From: Candidatus Wirthbacteria bacterium
GTDB taxonomy: Bacteria; Patescibacteriota; CG2-30-54-11
Direction of reading: 5' to 3'
Assembly (NCBI GenBank): GCA_903889905.1
Contig: CAISZI010000012.1
Location: 1 to 49,017 of the forward strand
Length of the DNA stretch: 49,017 bases
The notes under the pieces are model-generated. The model was not told where the DNA came from, searched no databases, and saw only the letters and a program-made list of their open reading frames with translations. A program made the position numbers and the translations under genes. Positions 16,747 through 26,891 of this stretch are shown piece by piece. Within the stretch, counting starts at the first letter, position 1; every line of letters starts with the position of its first letter.

Positions 16747-17798
16747 TTTTCTTCCCTCAACGCTAAACCAAGTGCCACAGAAAAGGCCGGAGCCATTTCC
16801 GTCAGCTGCTTGGGGGAAAGCGTCGCCTGGGTCTTGATCGCTTTCCAGGGATTCAGGGTTTCGACCGGCAAATTCAGATTGCGATGAAAATATTCATTGA
16901 TACCCATCAATTTCGCGCCGCGGCCCGTGAGCAATAGTTTTTCCAATTGACGGCCACTTTCCTGCCCCTGATAAAAACGGACGGAACGACGGATTTCATT
17001 CAAAATATTATCCAGAATTGCGGTAAATGACTTGGTCACACTTTCCCGCTGCACTTCATCCAGTTTGTCCAAACCTAATTTCAGCTTCTCCGCTTCGGTT
17101 TCCTGAATGTTGAGCTGCTGCGCGATGTTGGCCGTGATCTGTTTGCCAGCAAAGGGAACATTATGCGTGAGCCGCGGTGTACCTTCGCAACTGATGCTGA
17201 ACACGGAATGCCTGGAGCCAATGTCCAGGATACCAAAGGTACCGCTTGAGACATCCTCCAGTGAGGCTGAACGGTTGTTGGCCACCGTGTCGGTTTCTAT
17301 CGCCAGCGGCCGCAAATTAGCATTTTCCATAATCGTGACAAAACGGTCAATCACCTTAAGCGGTGCCGCTACCAGCAAAGCTTTGACCTTGTCGGTTTTT
17401 TTGGTGGCTGCGTTTTCTTCCAGCACCTGCCAGTCGAGCTGAACTTCGGTGAGGGGAAACGGGACGTAACTTTCCGCTTCAAACTGGATGGCCTGGTGCA
17501 TTTCGTCGTGCGCCATGGCCGGCATGTCAATGATGCGGGTAAAGACTTCGTTTTCGGGCAGGGAAAAAACCACGTTCTCGGTCACCACGCCAACTTCGGA
17601 CATGAGTTGCTTGATCTTTTCGGTGAGCTGTTCATCGGCAATGGGCTTGTCTTTGAGTTCCTGTGGTGTAGGCAGATTGATCGAACCGGCGGCGACCAGT
17701 GTGGGTCGATCTCCGGCACGGCTCAGCTGAATGACGCGGATTTGGGTATCCCCCACATCCACGCCGACAAAGCTGACTGGTTCCAGAACGATACCCAT
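16743..17798 (-). CDS. pilM: Type IV pilus assembly protein PilM (actin-like)
   Basis: GVDVGDTQIRV, QFEAESYVPF, LDIG, LTGRGAKL, VALGLALR. Confidence 0.95.
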   Translation of the reverse strand: MGIVLEPVSFVGVDVGDTQIRVIQLSRAGDRPTLVAAGSINLPTPQELKDKPIADEQLTEKIKQLMSEVGVVTENVVFSLPENEVFTRIIDMPAMAHDEMHQAIQFEAESYVPFPLTEVQLDWQVLEENAATKKTDKVKALLVAAPLKVIDRFVTIMENANLRPLAIETDTVANNRSASLEDVSSGTFGILDIGSRHSVFSISCEGTPRLTHNVPFAGKQITANIAQQLNIQETEAEKLKLGLDKLDEVQRESVTKSFTAILDNILNEIRRSVRFYQGQESGRQLEKLLLTGRGAKLMGINEYFHRNLNLPVETLNPWKAIKTQATLSPKQLTEMAPAFSVALGLALREEK

Positions 17799-17950
17799 GG
17801 TGTACTTTTTGTTTATTGCCTAATCCTCGTCTACGTAATTATATCATTACCGCGCCAGTTTTCAACCAAAAACCAAGTTCCTGTTTTTCGGATCTTTACA
17901 CGTATGCTAAAATAATCATTGTTCTGCTAGTCTTTGCCATTCTGGCGTTG

Positions 17951-19699
17951 ATGAAAACCAAAGTCCACCACTTCCTCCCTGTTTTATTATTGTCGTCACT
18001 GGCGCTGTTGCCGGGGACAATTTTGCCTGTGCGCGCCGACTCCTCCCTGCCACAGCAAACCGTGGCGATCAAAGCCGGCGTGGCTACAACCATCAGCAGT
18101 ATCCAATCGGACCGCAATTACGCCAAAGACAACACAATCAAAGTTGAATCCGTGCCCTCTTCTTCCACCAATCCTTCCAGCACTTCCCTGGCTTTGCTCA
18201 AATTTGACCTCGCTTCGATCCCGGCCGGCGCAACCATCTCAAAAGCGTCGCTCAAACTCTGGGGCCTGAATGCGTCACTCAGCGACGCCGTGGTCATCCA
18301 GGTGAATCAAATCACCCAGGACTGGACAGACAGCATCACCTGGAACACCAATTCCGACATCCAAAGCCACCTCAAAAAGCTCCTTGGCAAATCCCTGAAC
18401 CCAAACGAAAACAACAGCTTCCCCACCGCCATCACGATCGACGACAGCATGACCACGGATGGTATGCTGCTCACCGACCTGGTCAAAGACTGGTACAGCC
18501 AAAAGCAACCCAACCAGGGCTTGTTGCTGGCAATCGGCTCTACTACCAATGCGGACAGCCTCGCCTTTGCCGGCGCGCCAACCAATATTCAGGACACCAG
18601 CTTGGCGCCGACGCTGGTCATCAATTTTGATCCGCCACTTAAACTCAATGCCGACATCAAAACCACCAACATCACCGGGAGTGGCGCAACCATTAGCTGG
18701 ACCTCCAACAAGTCAGCGAATTCCTACATATCCTATGGCGTCTCCACTGCCTATGGTCAAACCAAAGGCCTGGATCCACTGGTCACCTCCCACAGCGTCA
18801 CCCTCGACAATCTGCAGCCCAAAACCACCTATCACTTTGTCGTGAAATCCACCGACGCTACGGAATTCAGCCAGACCTCTGCGGATCAGACTTTTGAGAC
18901 ACCAACCCAGACTGCCACGGCAGCTGGAACCGAGCCTGCCAATACTACCGCCGCGCCCGGTTCCGAAGGTGCCACAACTTCTCAAACCGGAACAGAACAG
19001 GCCACCACCGCAGCAAACCAACCGCAGGCTCCCGCGACCAAAACCAAGACTGCCGCCACACAGACAGCCACCAACAATACCGCCTCAGGCAAGGGCGACC
19101 TCGCACTGGGCGATAACGCACAGTATGCCCCCCAACCGAATGGACTTGATAAGACCAAGGATTTTTTGAGCAAACTTTTACCCATTGCCGGCATCCTGAT
19201 CGCGGTCATTTTTATCTTCCGGCTGACGATTGGCAATTACCTGGGCGCACCCACAGACGATGCCGAAACCGCCCTGCCGCCCGAAGAGCCGCTGCTGACC
19301 ACTGCGCCTTATCCGCCACAACCCAACGGTCCAGAACCCTGGCAACAGACGCAACCGCTCTATCTTGAACCCCTCCCATATTACGTTCCACCGCAAACAA
19401 GCGAATATCCATCCCCACAACCTTGGGTTCCCTGGAATGGTTATGCACCCATGCCGGAAGCTTCAGTGACTTCGACCGTACCAACGGCTGTCACACAAAA
19501 CTATCATCCCGCCAATCCCTATGTTGTGCCTTATGCCACTCCGGAGTCACCCAACCAAGCCTCCGCTCTAGCCTCACGACCCTATTCCCAACCCCCACAA
19601 CCAATGACGACACCTGTCGTGGGGACACCACAAAATAACCTGGCAATGAGACCGACGCGTCCTGCGGGACATGTGCTGGATCTAAAAAAGAAAACCTAA
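17951..19699 (+). CDS. Surface protein: signal peptide, DNRLRE-type domain, FN3-like domain, Thr/Ala linker, TM, Pro/Gln/Tyr-rich tail
   Basis: LLKFDLASIPAGATISKASLKL; ATISWTSNK...HSVTLDNLQPKTTYHFVV; start moved to the ATG at 17951 where a signal peptide begins. Confidence 0.8.
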   Translation: MKTKVHHFLPVLLLSSLALLPGTILPVRADSSLPQQTVAIKAGVATTISSIQSDRNYAKDNTIKVESVPSSSTNPSSTSLALLKFDLASIPAGATISKASLKLWGLNASLSDAVVIQVNQITQDWTDSITWNTNSDIQSHLKKLLGKSLNPNENNSFPTAITIDDSMTTDGMLLTDLVKDWYSQKQPNQGLLLAIGSTTNADSLAFAGAPTNIQDTSLAPTLVINFDPPLKLNADIKTTNITGSGATISWTSNKSANSYISYGVSTAYGQTKGLDPLVTSHSVTLDNLQPKTTYHFVVKSTDATEFSQTSADQTFETPTQTATAAGTEPANTTAAPGSEGATTSQTGTEQATTAANQPQAPATKTKTAATQTATNNTASGKGDLALGDNAQYAPQPNGLDKTKDFLSKLLPIAGILIAVIFIFRLTIGNYLGAPTDDAETALPPEEPLLTTAPYPPQPNGPEPWQQTQPLYLEPLPYYVPPQTSEYPSPQPWVPWNGYAPMPEASVTSTVPTAVTQNYHPANPYVVPYATPESPNQASALASRPYSQPPQPMTTPVVGTPQNNLAMRPTRPAGHVLDLKKKT

Positions 19700-19971
19700 G
19701 CCTTGGCCGGACAGTTGTCACAAACGCCGTTAGCGCAAGCCGCGACGGGCTCCACTTTGGGAGTTACAGCCGGGGTTGTTGTAACTGCAGCGGATTTACG
19801 ATTGTCGGTACTGTAGTACCCACCGCCTTTGAGCACCACACCGGGAATAGACAGCACTTTCTGTACAGCCTTCCCACACTGCGGACAAACAGGCAAAGTC
19901 GTGGCGCTATAGGACTGTTCCTCTTCAAAAACATGATGGCAACTTTTACATTCGAAATCGTAGCGTGGCAT
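19696..19971 (-). CDS. FmdB-family zinc-ribbon protein
   Basis: MPRYDFECKSC...CPQCG...KGGGYYSTD. Confidence 0.92.
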   Translation of the reverse strand: MPRYDFECKSCHHVFEEEQSYSATTLPVCPQCGKAVQKVLSIPGVVLKGGGYYSTDNRKSAAVTTTPAVTPKVEPVAACANGVCDNCPAKA

Positions 19972-20026
19972 GGCTAGAAAACCCTGACAGTAATGAGCAA
20001 AGTCTGGTTGATAGTATACCGCAAAC

Positions 20027-21529
20027 TTAGCGTTTGGTGGAAGTCACCATCTGGCGCAGATCACCGTCTGCAATTGGAGCGATGCCCCCATCAAAGTCCA
20101 AATCCAGCGCCTGCTGGTATTCGTCCTGAGCGCGACTAGCTAGCCCTTTGTGGCGATACACATCACCCAGATTAAGATGTGCGGCAGCCAGGTTGGGATC
20201 GAGCAGCAACGCTTTGTTGATCAGTTGTTCCGCCGCGTCGAACTGACCATCGGCCATCAGCGCCCAGCCATACAAATTCTGCGCTTTGGCCACGGTCGGG
20301 AATTTGTCGGCTGCGGCTTTGGCCGCGGTCACCGCTCGAGCTGTAGATTTTAAATTGTTAATCAAAATATTCACTTCTGAAACACGCACTTCCAGATTGT
20401 CCGGATGCGTTTCAATGGCTTTGGCATAGGCTTTGTCGGCATTGTCAAAGGCCTGATTCTGGGCGCTGGCATAAGCGAGGTGCTGGTAGGTTTCAAACTG
20501 TTTGTCGCCGAGGTCAATGGCCGTGCTGTAACTCAAAATCGCGTCCGCCCATTCGCCAAGCGCCGTGTGAATTTCACCATCAAAATAATACGCCAGAGGA
20601 CTCGGGCTGCTCATTTTCAGACTGACCTCAATTTCCTGTTTGGCGCGCGTCAGATCGGATAACAACAAATAACAATACGCCAAATAATAATGGCCCGCCT
20701 GATAACTGTTGTTATTTTTGACCAGATTCGAGAGCCGGTCCACAGTCATGCTGGGCAGGCCCTGCTCCAGGTATAGTGTGGCAATGGCAATTTCCCGATC
20801 ATTATTGTTGCTGACTGTTTTTAAATTCTGTATGCGCGTTTGTGCGGCTTTGGCTTTGGCTGCGAGCGGCGTGTCCGCAGCGACGTCAATCACGTGCTGC
20901 AATTGCTGCAGTGCCTTGGTCTGATTCTGCTCCCAGATCAGGATGGCATCAAACTGATAGGCCGTAATTTCGTCGGGCTTGATGGCCATGACACGTTCAT
21001 AACTTTTTTTGGCGCCATCAAAATCCCCCAGCCAGATCTGTGCTTCGCCATTGACAAGCAGAATACGCGCTTCCTCGGGTCCTCCTGGCGTGATCAAGGT
21101 AAGGGTTTTGGTGGCAAAGTCCACAGCAGATTTATAACGATGGGAATCCCGATAAATGGTGGCAAGTCGAAACGTCACTTCGGCATTCTGCGGGGCCAGT
21201 TGATACGCGGCCAGCAGTTCCTGTTCGGCGTCGGCCAGCCGGTTTTTGAGCTGGTACAACGCGCCCATACGTAACCAGATACCGGCGTCACTGGGTACTT
21301 TTTGGGACGCTTTTTCATAATACGTAAGCGCCCGGCTGTATTTTTTGGCTGTATACAACTGGTCGCCCGTGGCGATCAATTCAGCCACGCTCATGCGGTT
21401 GATTTTGTCCTGCTCTGCCTGGGCCGGGGTCGATTGCACGCGCCCATAGGTCTGCAACCCCCAGGCCAAAGCCAGCCCGGCGCAGAGGCAAACAATCACA
21501 ACCAGGAGGATTTTGTTGAGTCGGCTCAT
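20027..21529 (-). CDS. Membrane-anchored tetratricopeptide-repeat protein
   Basis: N-terminal TM and repeated TPR-like helices (e.g. AAAHLNLGDVYRHKG). Confidence 0.88.
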   Translation of the reverse strand: MSRLNKILLVVIVCLCAGLALAWGLQTYGRVQSTPAQAEQDKINRMSVAELIATGDQLYTAKKYSRALTYYEKASQKVPSDAGIWLRMGALYQLKNRLADAEQELLAAYQLAPQNAEVTFRLATIYRDSHRYKSAVDFATKTLTLITPGGPEEARILLVNGEAQIWLGDFDGAKKSYERVMAIKPDEITAYQFDAILIWEQNQTKALQQLQHVIDVAADTPLAAKAKAAQTRIQNLKTVSNNNDREIAIATLYLEQGLPSMTVDRLSNLVKNNNSYQAGHYYLAYCYLLLSDLTRAKQEIEVSLKMSSPSPLAYYFDGEIHTALGEWADAILSYSTAIDLGDKQFETYQHLAYASAQNQAFDNADKAYAKAIETHPDNLEVRVSEVNILINNLKSTARAVTAAKAAADKFPTVAKAQNLYGWALMADGQFDAAEQLINKALLLDPNLAAAHLNLGDVYRHKGLASRAQDEYQQALDLDFDGGIAPIADGDLRQMVTSTKR

Positions 21530-24273
21530 AACTTTTTGATCTGTTCCTGCAAAAGCATTTGAAGCTGCTGAAGCTGCTCTAATTTAGCCTGTTCCGCGGC
21601 CACCACCGCCTCAGGTGCACGGCCGGTAAAATTCACATTCCCCAACAACTGCTCTGAGTGTACTCTCCTTTGCTCTACCTCTGTCAACTCCGCCTGCAGT
21701 TTCTGCTTCTGCTGCCCTGCATCTGCGGACTCTTCGTTAAAAAGCAACTCCAGCACAACCGTACCTGCACTGATTTTAATGGCACGATTGGTCTCCACTT
21801 TTGCTTCGGCTGCAACCAGCAGCACGCCCGCAAGGGCAGAAAGATAGGCCGCTTGTGATAACAGGAATTCCCCCAGTACCGCTTCGACTTCCACCACCTT
21901 GACATAAATCTGACCCTTAGCCGTGGCGCCAAGCTGCTGCTTTTTCTCACGCAGCTGACTGATGATCATTTGCAGCGCGCTCACTTTTTGCTGCAGTTTC
22001 GTGCTCGTTTTAATATCAGGCAGTGAACCCAGTTTGGCCGTGATCAGCAGCGGCGAGTGGACAAGATCGGTAGGCATGGTTTGCAGCCGATGGCCAAAGT
22101 GTTCCCAAATCGCCTCGGTCACAAACGGGACAAACGGATGCAGCAGTTTCAAGCTCTGTGCCAGCGTTACCATCAGTACATACTGGGCCCGTGCGACGAC
22201 AACAGGGTCAGCGGAGCGCAAATCCTGCTTGGTAAATTCAATAAACCAGTCACAAAAATCACCCCAGACAAAATCGTACAGCAGCTGTGCCGCATCCCCA
22301 ATCTTGGAAGCCTCCAACCGTTTCTCGACTTTTTTCTGCACCTGCGCCAGTTCACCCAAAATCCACTGCTGCAGGGGTGTAAAATCTTTCCACTCTGGCT
22401 GCACCAATTTCAAGCCAGCGTAAAATGCATCCGGTTTGCTGTCCAGCACAAAACGGCTGGCATTCCAGAGTTTGTTACAAAAGTTGCGATACCCCGCAAT
22501 TTTTTCTTCGTATAACTTGGTATCGTTGCCCGGCGTTTGCCCCACCACCAATGCCAGACGCAACGCATCGGCGCCATATTTTTGGATCATGTCGAGAGGG
22601 TCGATGCTCGTCTCGGGGCTGGATTTACTCATTTTTTTACCGTCGCGCGTGCGCACCAGGCCATGCAGGTAAACCGTCTCAAAGGGAATCTGGCCGACAT
22701 TATAAGTGGTCATCAGGATCATCCGCGCCACCCAGAAAAAAAGGATGTCATAACCGGTTTCCATTACCGTCGTAGGGTGAAACGTTTGGAAATCCGGACT
22801 GCGCTGCAGCAGATCGGTGAGCGACAAGGCAGGATCAGCGGCCAGAGCGGGATCGATCAATGTACTCCAGGTCCAAAGAGCTGAACTAAACCACGTGTCC
22901 AACGTGTCCGGATCCTGTAACCACGCTTCACCCGCAGGGGCATTAACGCCGACAAAAACTTCGCTGCCACGTGTCCAGACCGGGATACGGTGGCCCCACC
23001 AGATTTGGCGGGAAATACACCAGTCGCGCAAATTGTCGATCCAGTGAAAATAGGTTTTATCAAACCGTTTGGGCAAAATGCGGATGTCTCCCTCACGCAC
23101 CACCTGTTGCAGGACCTGTTTCAGGCTCAAACTCTGTCCCGTCCACTTTCCCTGCCACGTGCTGACCGGCTTGTTGACCGCGATAAACCACTGCTCGCGG
23201 ATTTGCGGTTCAATCATGCCCTTGCCGCGATAGCTCACGGCGACTTTGTGCAAATAATGATCATCCACCTTGACCAGTAATCCTTTGGCCTGGAGTTTCT
23301 CGACAATCAGGGGACGCGCGGCCTGAATATCCATGCCGACAAATTCACCAGCGAGCGCCAGCAATTTGCCATCATAGCCAATCACCTGCTGCCCCCGGTC
23401 CAACTGATGGCGTTCAGCCATTTCAAAGTCCACGGCGTCATGCCAGGGCGTGATTGTCATGGCACCGGTACCAAATTCCGGATCCACCGCCGCGTCCTTG
23501 AGCAGCGTCGCCACAATCGGGCCATTGATCCACTCAACCGCAAACGTCTGTCCGTGCTGGTACTGTGCATAGCGGGCATCGTCGGGATGGACCACTACGT
23601 ATTTGTCTCCAAACTTGGTTTCCGGGCGCGCCGTGCCGATCGTGAACGGACCGAATTTGAAGTAATAGAATTTCGCTTTTTCTTCCACGTGCTCAAGCTC
23701 GTCATCCGAGACCGTGGTCTGCATCTTGGGATCCCAGTTCACCAGACGCGGGCCGCGGTAGATGAGTCCGTCGCGGTACATTTTGACAAAAACTTCACGC
23801 ACCACACGGCTGAGGCTGTCCTGCATGGTGTAACTTTCGCGACTCCAGTCGCAACTCGAACCCATCTGCCGCACCTGCTCACGAATCGTGGCACGACTGT
23901 GTTCGATGTAATCGACGATGCGTTCCAGTACTTTTTCCCGGCCCAGGGTTTGGCGCGGGTCCGCGATTTTTTCATTTTTCTGAAGATTGCGAATTACCAG
24001 CGTTTCCGTGGCAATCGCCGCATGGTCAGTGCCAGGCAGCCACAGGGTATTTTTGCCCTTGAGGCGCGCGTACCGCGTCATGATGTCTTCAATCGCCAGC
24101 ATCACGGCGTGGCCCAGATGCAGTTGACCGGTCGCGTTGGGTGGCGGCATGCTGATGCAAAAAGATCCCGCCGTGGTATCGCCACTGGGGGAAAACGCTT
24201 TCGCCTCTTCCCAGCGCCGGTAAATGTCACTTTCCACCTGACCCGCCACATACGCTTTGTCCATCATGACCAT
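21526..24273 (-). CDS. valS: Valine--tRNA ligase
   Basis: PPPNATGQLHLGH, TARPET, DWCISRQIWWGH, KMSKS, C-terminal coiled coil. Confidence 0.98.
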   Translation of the reverse strand: MVMMDKAYVAGQVESDIYRRWEEAKAFSPSGDTTAGSFCISMPPPNATGQLHLGHAVMLAIEDIMTRYARLKGKNTLWLPGTDHAAIATETLVIRNLQKNEKIADPRQTLGREKVLERIVDYIEHSRATIREQVRQMGSSCDWSRESYTMQDSLSRVVREVFVKMYRDGLIYRGPRLVNWDPKMQTTVSDDELEHVEEKAKFYYFKFGPFTIGTARPETKFGDKYVVVHPDDARYAQYQHGQTFAVEWINGPIVATLLKDAAVDPEFGTGAMTITPWHDAVDFEMAERHQLDRGQQVIGYDGKLLALAGEFVGMDIQAARPLIVEKLQAKGLLVKVDDHYLHKVAVSYRGKGMIEPQIREQWFIAVNKPVSTWQGKWTGQSLSLKQVLQQVVREGDIRILPKRFDKTYFHWIDNLRDWCISRQIWWGHRIPVWTRGSEVFVGVNAPAGEAWLQDPDTLDTWFSSALWTWSTLIDPALAADPALSLTDLLQRSPDFQTFHPTTVMETGYDILFFWVARMILMTTYNVGQIPFETVYLHGLVRTRDGKKMSKSSPETSIDPLDMIQKYGADALRLALVVGQTPGNDTKLYEEKIAGYRNFCNKLWNASRFVLDSKPDAFYAGLKLVQPEWKDFTPLQQWILGELAQVQKKVEKRLEASKIGDAAQLLYDFVWGDFCDWFIEFTKQDLRSADPVVVARAQYVLMVTLAQSLKLLHPFVPFVTEAIWEHFGHRLQTMPTDLVHSPLLITAKLGSLPDIKTSTKLQQKVSALQMIISQLREKKQQLGATAKGQIYVKVVEVEAVLGEFLLSQAAYLSALAGVLLVAAEAKVETNRAIKISAGTVVLELLFNEESADAGQQKQKLQAELTEVEQRRVHSEQLLGNVNFTGRAPEAVVAAEQAKLEQLQQLQMLLQEQIKKL

Positions 24274-25164
24274 TTATCCGTTATATCTAAAAAGACTATA
24301 GAGGTAGACGACCAAAACCATGCTCAAAAATGGAAAGGCACTCAAGCTGATCAGCGCTGCAATTTTCTCCCGTTTATATAACGCTACAGCCAGCACAAAG
24401 CAAAGGCCAAAAAGCGCAATCGACCCGGCCCAGACCAGATAAAGCCACTCCCGCTGACCAGTTTGACGCGTCCCTTGTTCGAGGTTATACAGCAGCACCG
24501 CATTGCTCGGCAGCGCCGCGACCACCATAAAAACCATGCCCCCAAACAGCAGCAACGCCAACAGATCCCAGAGCAGCGCGCCCATCATGCGATTGTCCTG
24601 CAGCATGTCCCAGAGCACAGGCAGCACTCGTCGTTCCACTGGAACCGGTGCGGGCAGAGGCTGTTCATTCTCCCCGGGCAGGGCGCGGACTTTGCGGACA
24701 CGGTAGAACGTTGCCAGGAACAACGTCGGATGGGATGGGCTCAAAATCAAGCGCTGGCCACGAAAGGTAAAAGCCATTACTTTTTTGCTGCCCGGGAAAT
24801 AGGTCCAACGCGAAAAACTTTCCTCCGCCTTGGCCTCAAAAGCCAGAATGCCTTTGAGCTGGTGTATGGGATGCAGCTCCTCCAGCGGAAATTCAAATTT
24901 TTTCAACCCCGCGTACACGACAATACTGCGCCCCGTGATGCGGTAACGTAATGTCGAATAGTTAACAATGGCATAGGTAGCATAGACAAGTGTACTCAGC
25001 GTTGCAAAAGTACCCAGCAGATAAAGATAAACAGGCAACCCCTCCGTTGCCCTGTCCATAAACCACAGCAGACATACTGACGCCACGACCAGGACAATCC
25101 ACACGAGCAGCATCAGCACCCAAAGCGAAAGTCGTTTGTTAGTTTTAAAAGGATGGTGAATCAT
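24274..25164 (-). CDS. Membrane protein with bacterial PH-like domain
   Basis: Two N-terminal TMs, YRITGRSIVV...ILSPSHPTLF pattern, C-terminal TMs; coupled to both neighbours. Confidence 0.65.
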   Translation of the reverse strand: MIHHPFKTNKRLSLWVLMLLVWIVLVVASVCLLWFMDRATEGLPVYLYLLGTFATLSTLVYATYAIVNYSTLRYRITGRSIVVYAGLKKFEFPLEELHPIHQLKGILAFEAKAEESFSRWTYFPGSKKVMAFTFRGQRLILSPSHPTLFLATFYRVRKVRALPGENEQPLPAPVPVERRVLPVLWDMLQDNRMMGALLWDLLALLLFGGMVFMVVAALPSNAVLLYNLEQGTRQTGQREWLYLVWAGSIALFGLCFVLAVALYKREKIAALISLSAFPFLSMVLVVYLYSLFRYNG

Positions 25165-26873
25165 ATGCCTTTTTTGGTTACGATATATTGCAGTTTTTTG
25201 CCCCGCAGTAATTTCGTCTGGGCATCAATCGCCGGTAACGCCGAAAACAGAATCCCCATGATCGGCATCAGCATCCACTGCAGATACGTCAGCATGCGAC
25301 GCCAAGGCTGCCATTCTTTGGGTTTGCGTGGCGCCAGCCGCGCGTCCACCAGCAGAAAAACAACAACGATCACCGAAGTCAGGGTCAAAAGCCGCGAAGT
25401 AAACACCGGCAGATTATACCCCATGACAGTTTTGGCAAAAGCATGGTTGAGATAAAAGGGAAGCAGGGTGCCGATCGCCAGAATAACCGGCATGGTCGTC
25501 CAGTTGAAATAATTCGAAATCACATCCCACACACTGCGCACGCGTGACCAGAGTGGGATTTCCGGATGATCCCAGGCTTGCACCATCACAAACGGCACAT
25601 CCGACGCGCCCCACGCCCAACGCCGCATCTGGTCGTACAAACTCTGCAGCGATTTGGCATAACTGCGATCAAAGACCGCGTCCCCAAACACCGGCAAAAA
25701 TAACGGTTCCACGCGCACGCGATGGCCAAAGGCGAAATAAATTTTCCAAAACAAACGGGAATCTTCCTGGATCACATCCACATACCAGTAGCCCGCCTGC
25801 TTGATCGTGGCATACGCCGCGGCATAGCTCGAAAAGTTACGGTTCTGGCGATAATCCAGCTGCCGTGCCATTTGGATCTGAGTGCCCAGCGTGGAGTTGA
25901 TGCGCGAAAACAGGTTAACTTTCCAGATGTTGTTAAAAAACATCGGAATGGTCTGGTAAATATGAAACTTGCGGTCCGGGTCAGTCACGTAATTAAAGGT
26001 GAGGTCCGCAAAATATTCTGGATAGACACGGTAATCCGCATCCAGACTAGTCACTACCAGCTGTTCTTTGGTGATCCCGAGAGAAGCAAAAACATGGGTC
26101 TCAAACCATTTGAGCGCCGAGGTCTGGTTGGAGGATTTTCCGGCAATTTCACCCACGGTAAGTTGATGCACATTAAAATAAAGATTGGGGAGTTTGGTGC
26201 CAACGAGCTTCAAAATGGCTTTACGCACCTCGGCAAATGTTTTGTCCGCCCCTTCCCCGGCAATCAGGATATGCACCCGTTCCAGGTCATAGTTCACATC
26301 CATCAGGTGTTCGAGCGTCGGGATGAGGACGTTCATTCCTTCCTTGTATGTCGGCACGATCACCAGGTGATGGATCTGCATGGGTTTGATCCGCACCGCC
26401 GCTGGCATCTCTGCATAACGCCGCAGACGGACAATTTCGTCCTCGCGGGCAGCCAGTATGCGGAAAGTGTCAGGATGGGCAAAAAACTCCCACAAACGGA
26501 TGGCCCGACGCTGCAGCCTTGACCAGATCAGGCGGCTGTCATAGTTGCTGTGCCGCGTTTGGTACCATGCCCGCTGTTCCTGCAGGAGAGTCTCTAGGTA
26601 TTTGCCCGCACCGCGCTCAAGGCGCAGGCAACGTGCCCACCAGTTGATTTCAGTATCCTTGAGCACATGAAAAAAACAGAGGAGCAGGTTGAACATCTGT
26701 TTGAACGTGCGGAACACCCAGTAAAGCGCATAGACGAGCAAAAAATACGCCACCCAGGTCACGGCCAGGTACGAAAAAACCAGCATGGCAATAAACATCC
26801 CCCAAGTGAGGATGGCTGGAATGCCTTGCAAGTGGCGTTCAATGCGCCGCGATTCTGCCTGTGAAATAGCCAA
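25161..26873 (-). CDS. Membrane glycosyltransferase family 2
   Basis: VPTYKE, LDAD, QEDS, QMRRWAWG (QxxRW) with flanking TMs. Confidence 0.9.
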   Translation of the reverse strand: MAISQAESRRIERHLQGIPAILTWGMFIAMLVFSYLAVTWVAYFLLVYALYWVFRTFKQMFNLLLCFFHVLKDTEINWWARCLRLERGAGKYLETLLQEQRAWYQTRHSNYDSRLIWSRLQRRAIRLWEFFAHPDTFRILAAREDEIVRLRRYAEMPAAVRIKPMQIHHLVIVPTYKEGMNVLIPTLEHLMDVNYDLERVHILIAGEGADKTFAEVRKAILKLVGTKLPNLYFNVHQLTVGEIAGKSSNQTSALKWFETHVFASLGITKEQLVVTSLDADYRVYPEYFADLTFNYVTDPDRKFHIYQTIPMFFNNIWKVNLFSRINSTLGTQIQMARQLDYRQNRNFSSYAAAYATIKQAGYWYVDVIQEDSRLFWKIYFAFGHRVRVEPLFLPVFGDAVFDRSYAKSLQSLYDQMRRWAWGASDVPFVMVQAWDHPEIPLWSRVRSVWDVISNYFNWTTMPVILAIGTLLPFYLNHAFAKTVMGYNLPVFTSRLLTLTSVIVVVFLLVDARLAPRKPKEWQPWRRMLTYLQWMLMPIMGILFSALPAIDAQTKLLRGKKLQYIVTKKGI

Positions 26874-26891
26874 AAGTGTTTGCCAGCAATA

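Noticed and set aside
5546-17950. Long upstream starts given in the ORF track (5546, 6540, 10656, 12092, 17816)
   Set aside because: They overlap neighbouring genes or regulatory sites; downstream ATGs fit RBS, coupling or signal peptides better
23407-26522. Plus-strand ORFs 23407-24381 and 25722-26522
   Set aside because: Antisense to valS and the GT2 gene; no coding signal of their own
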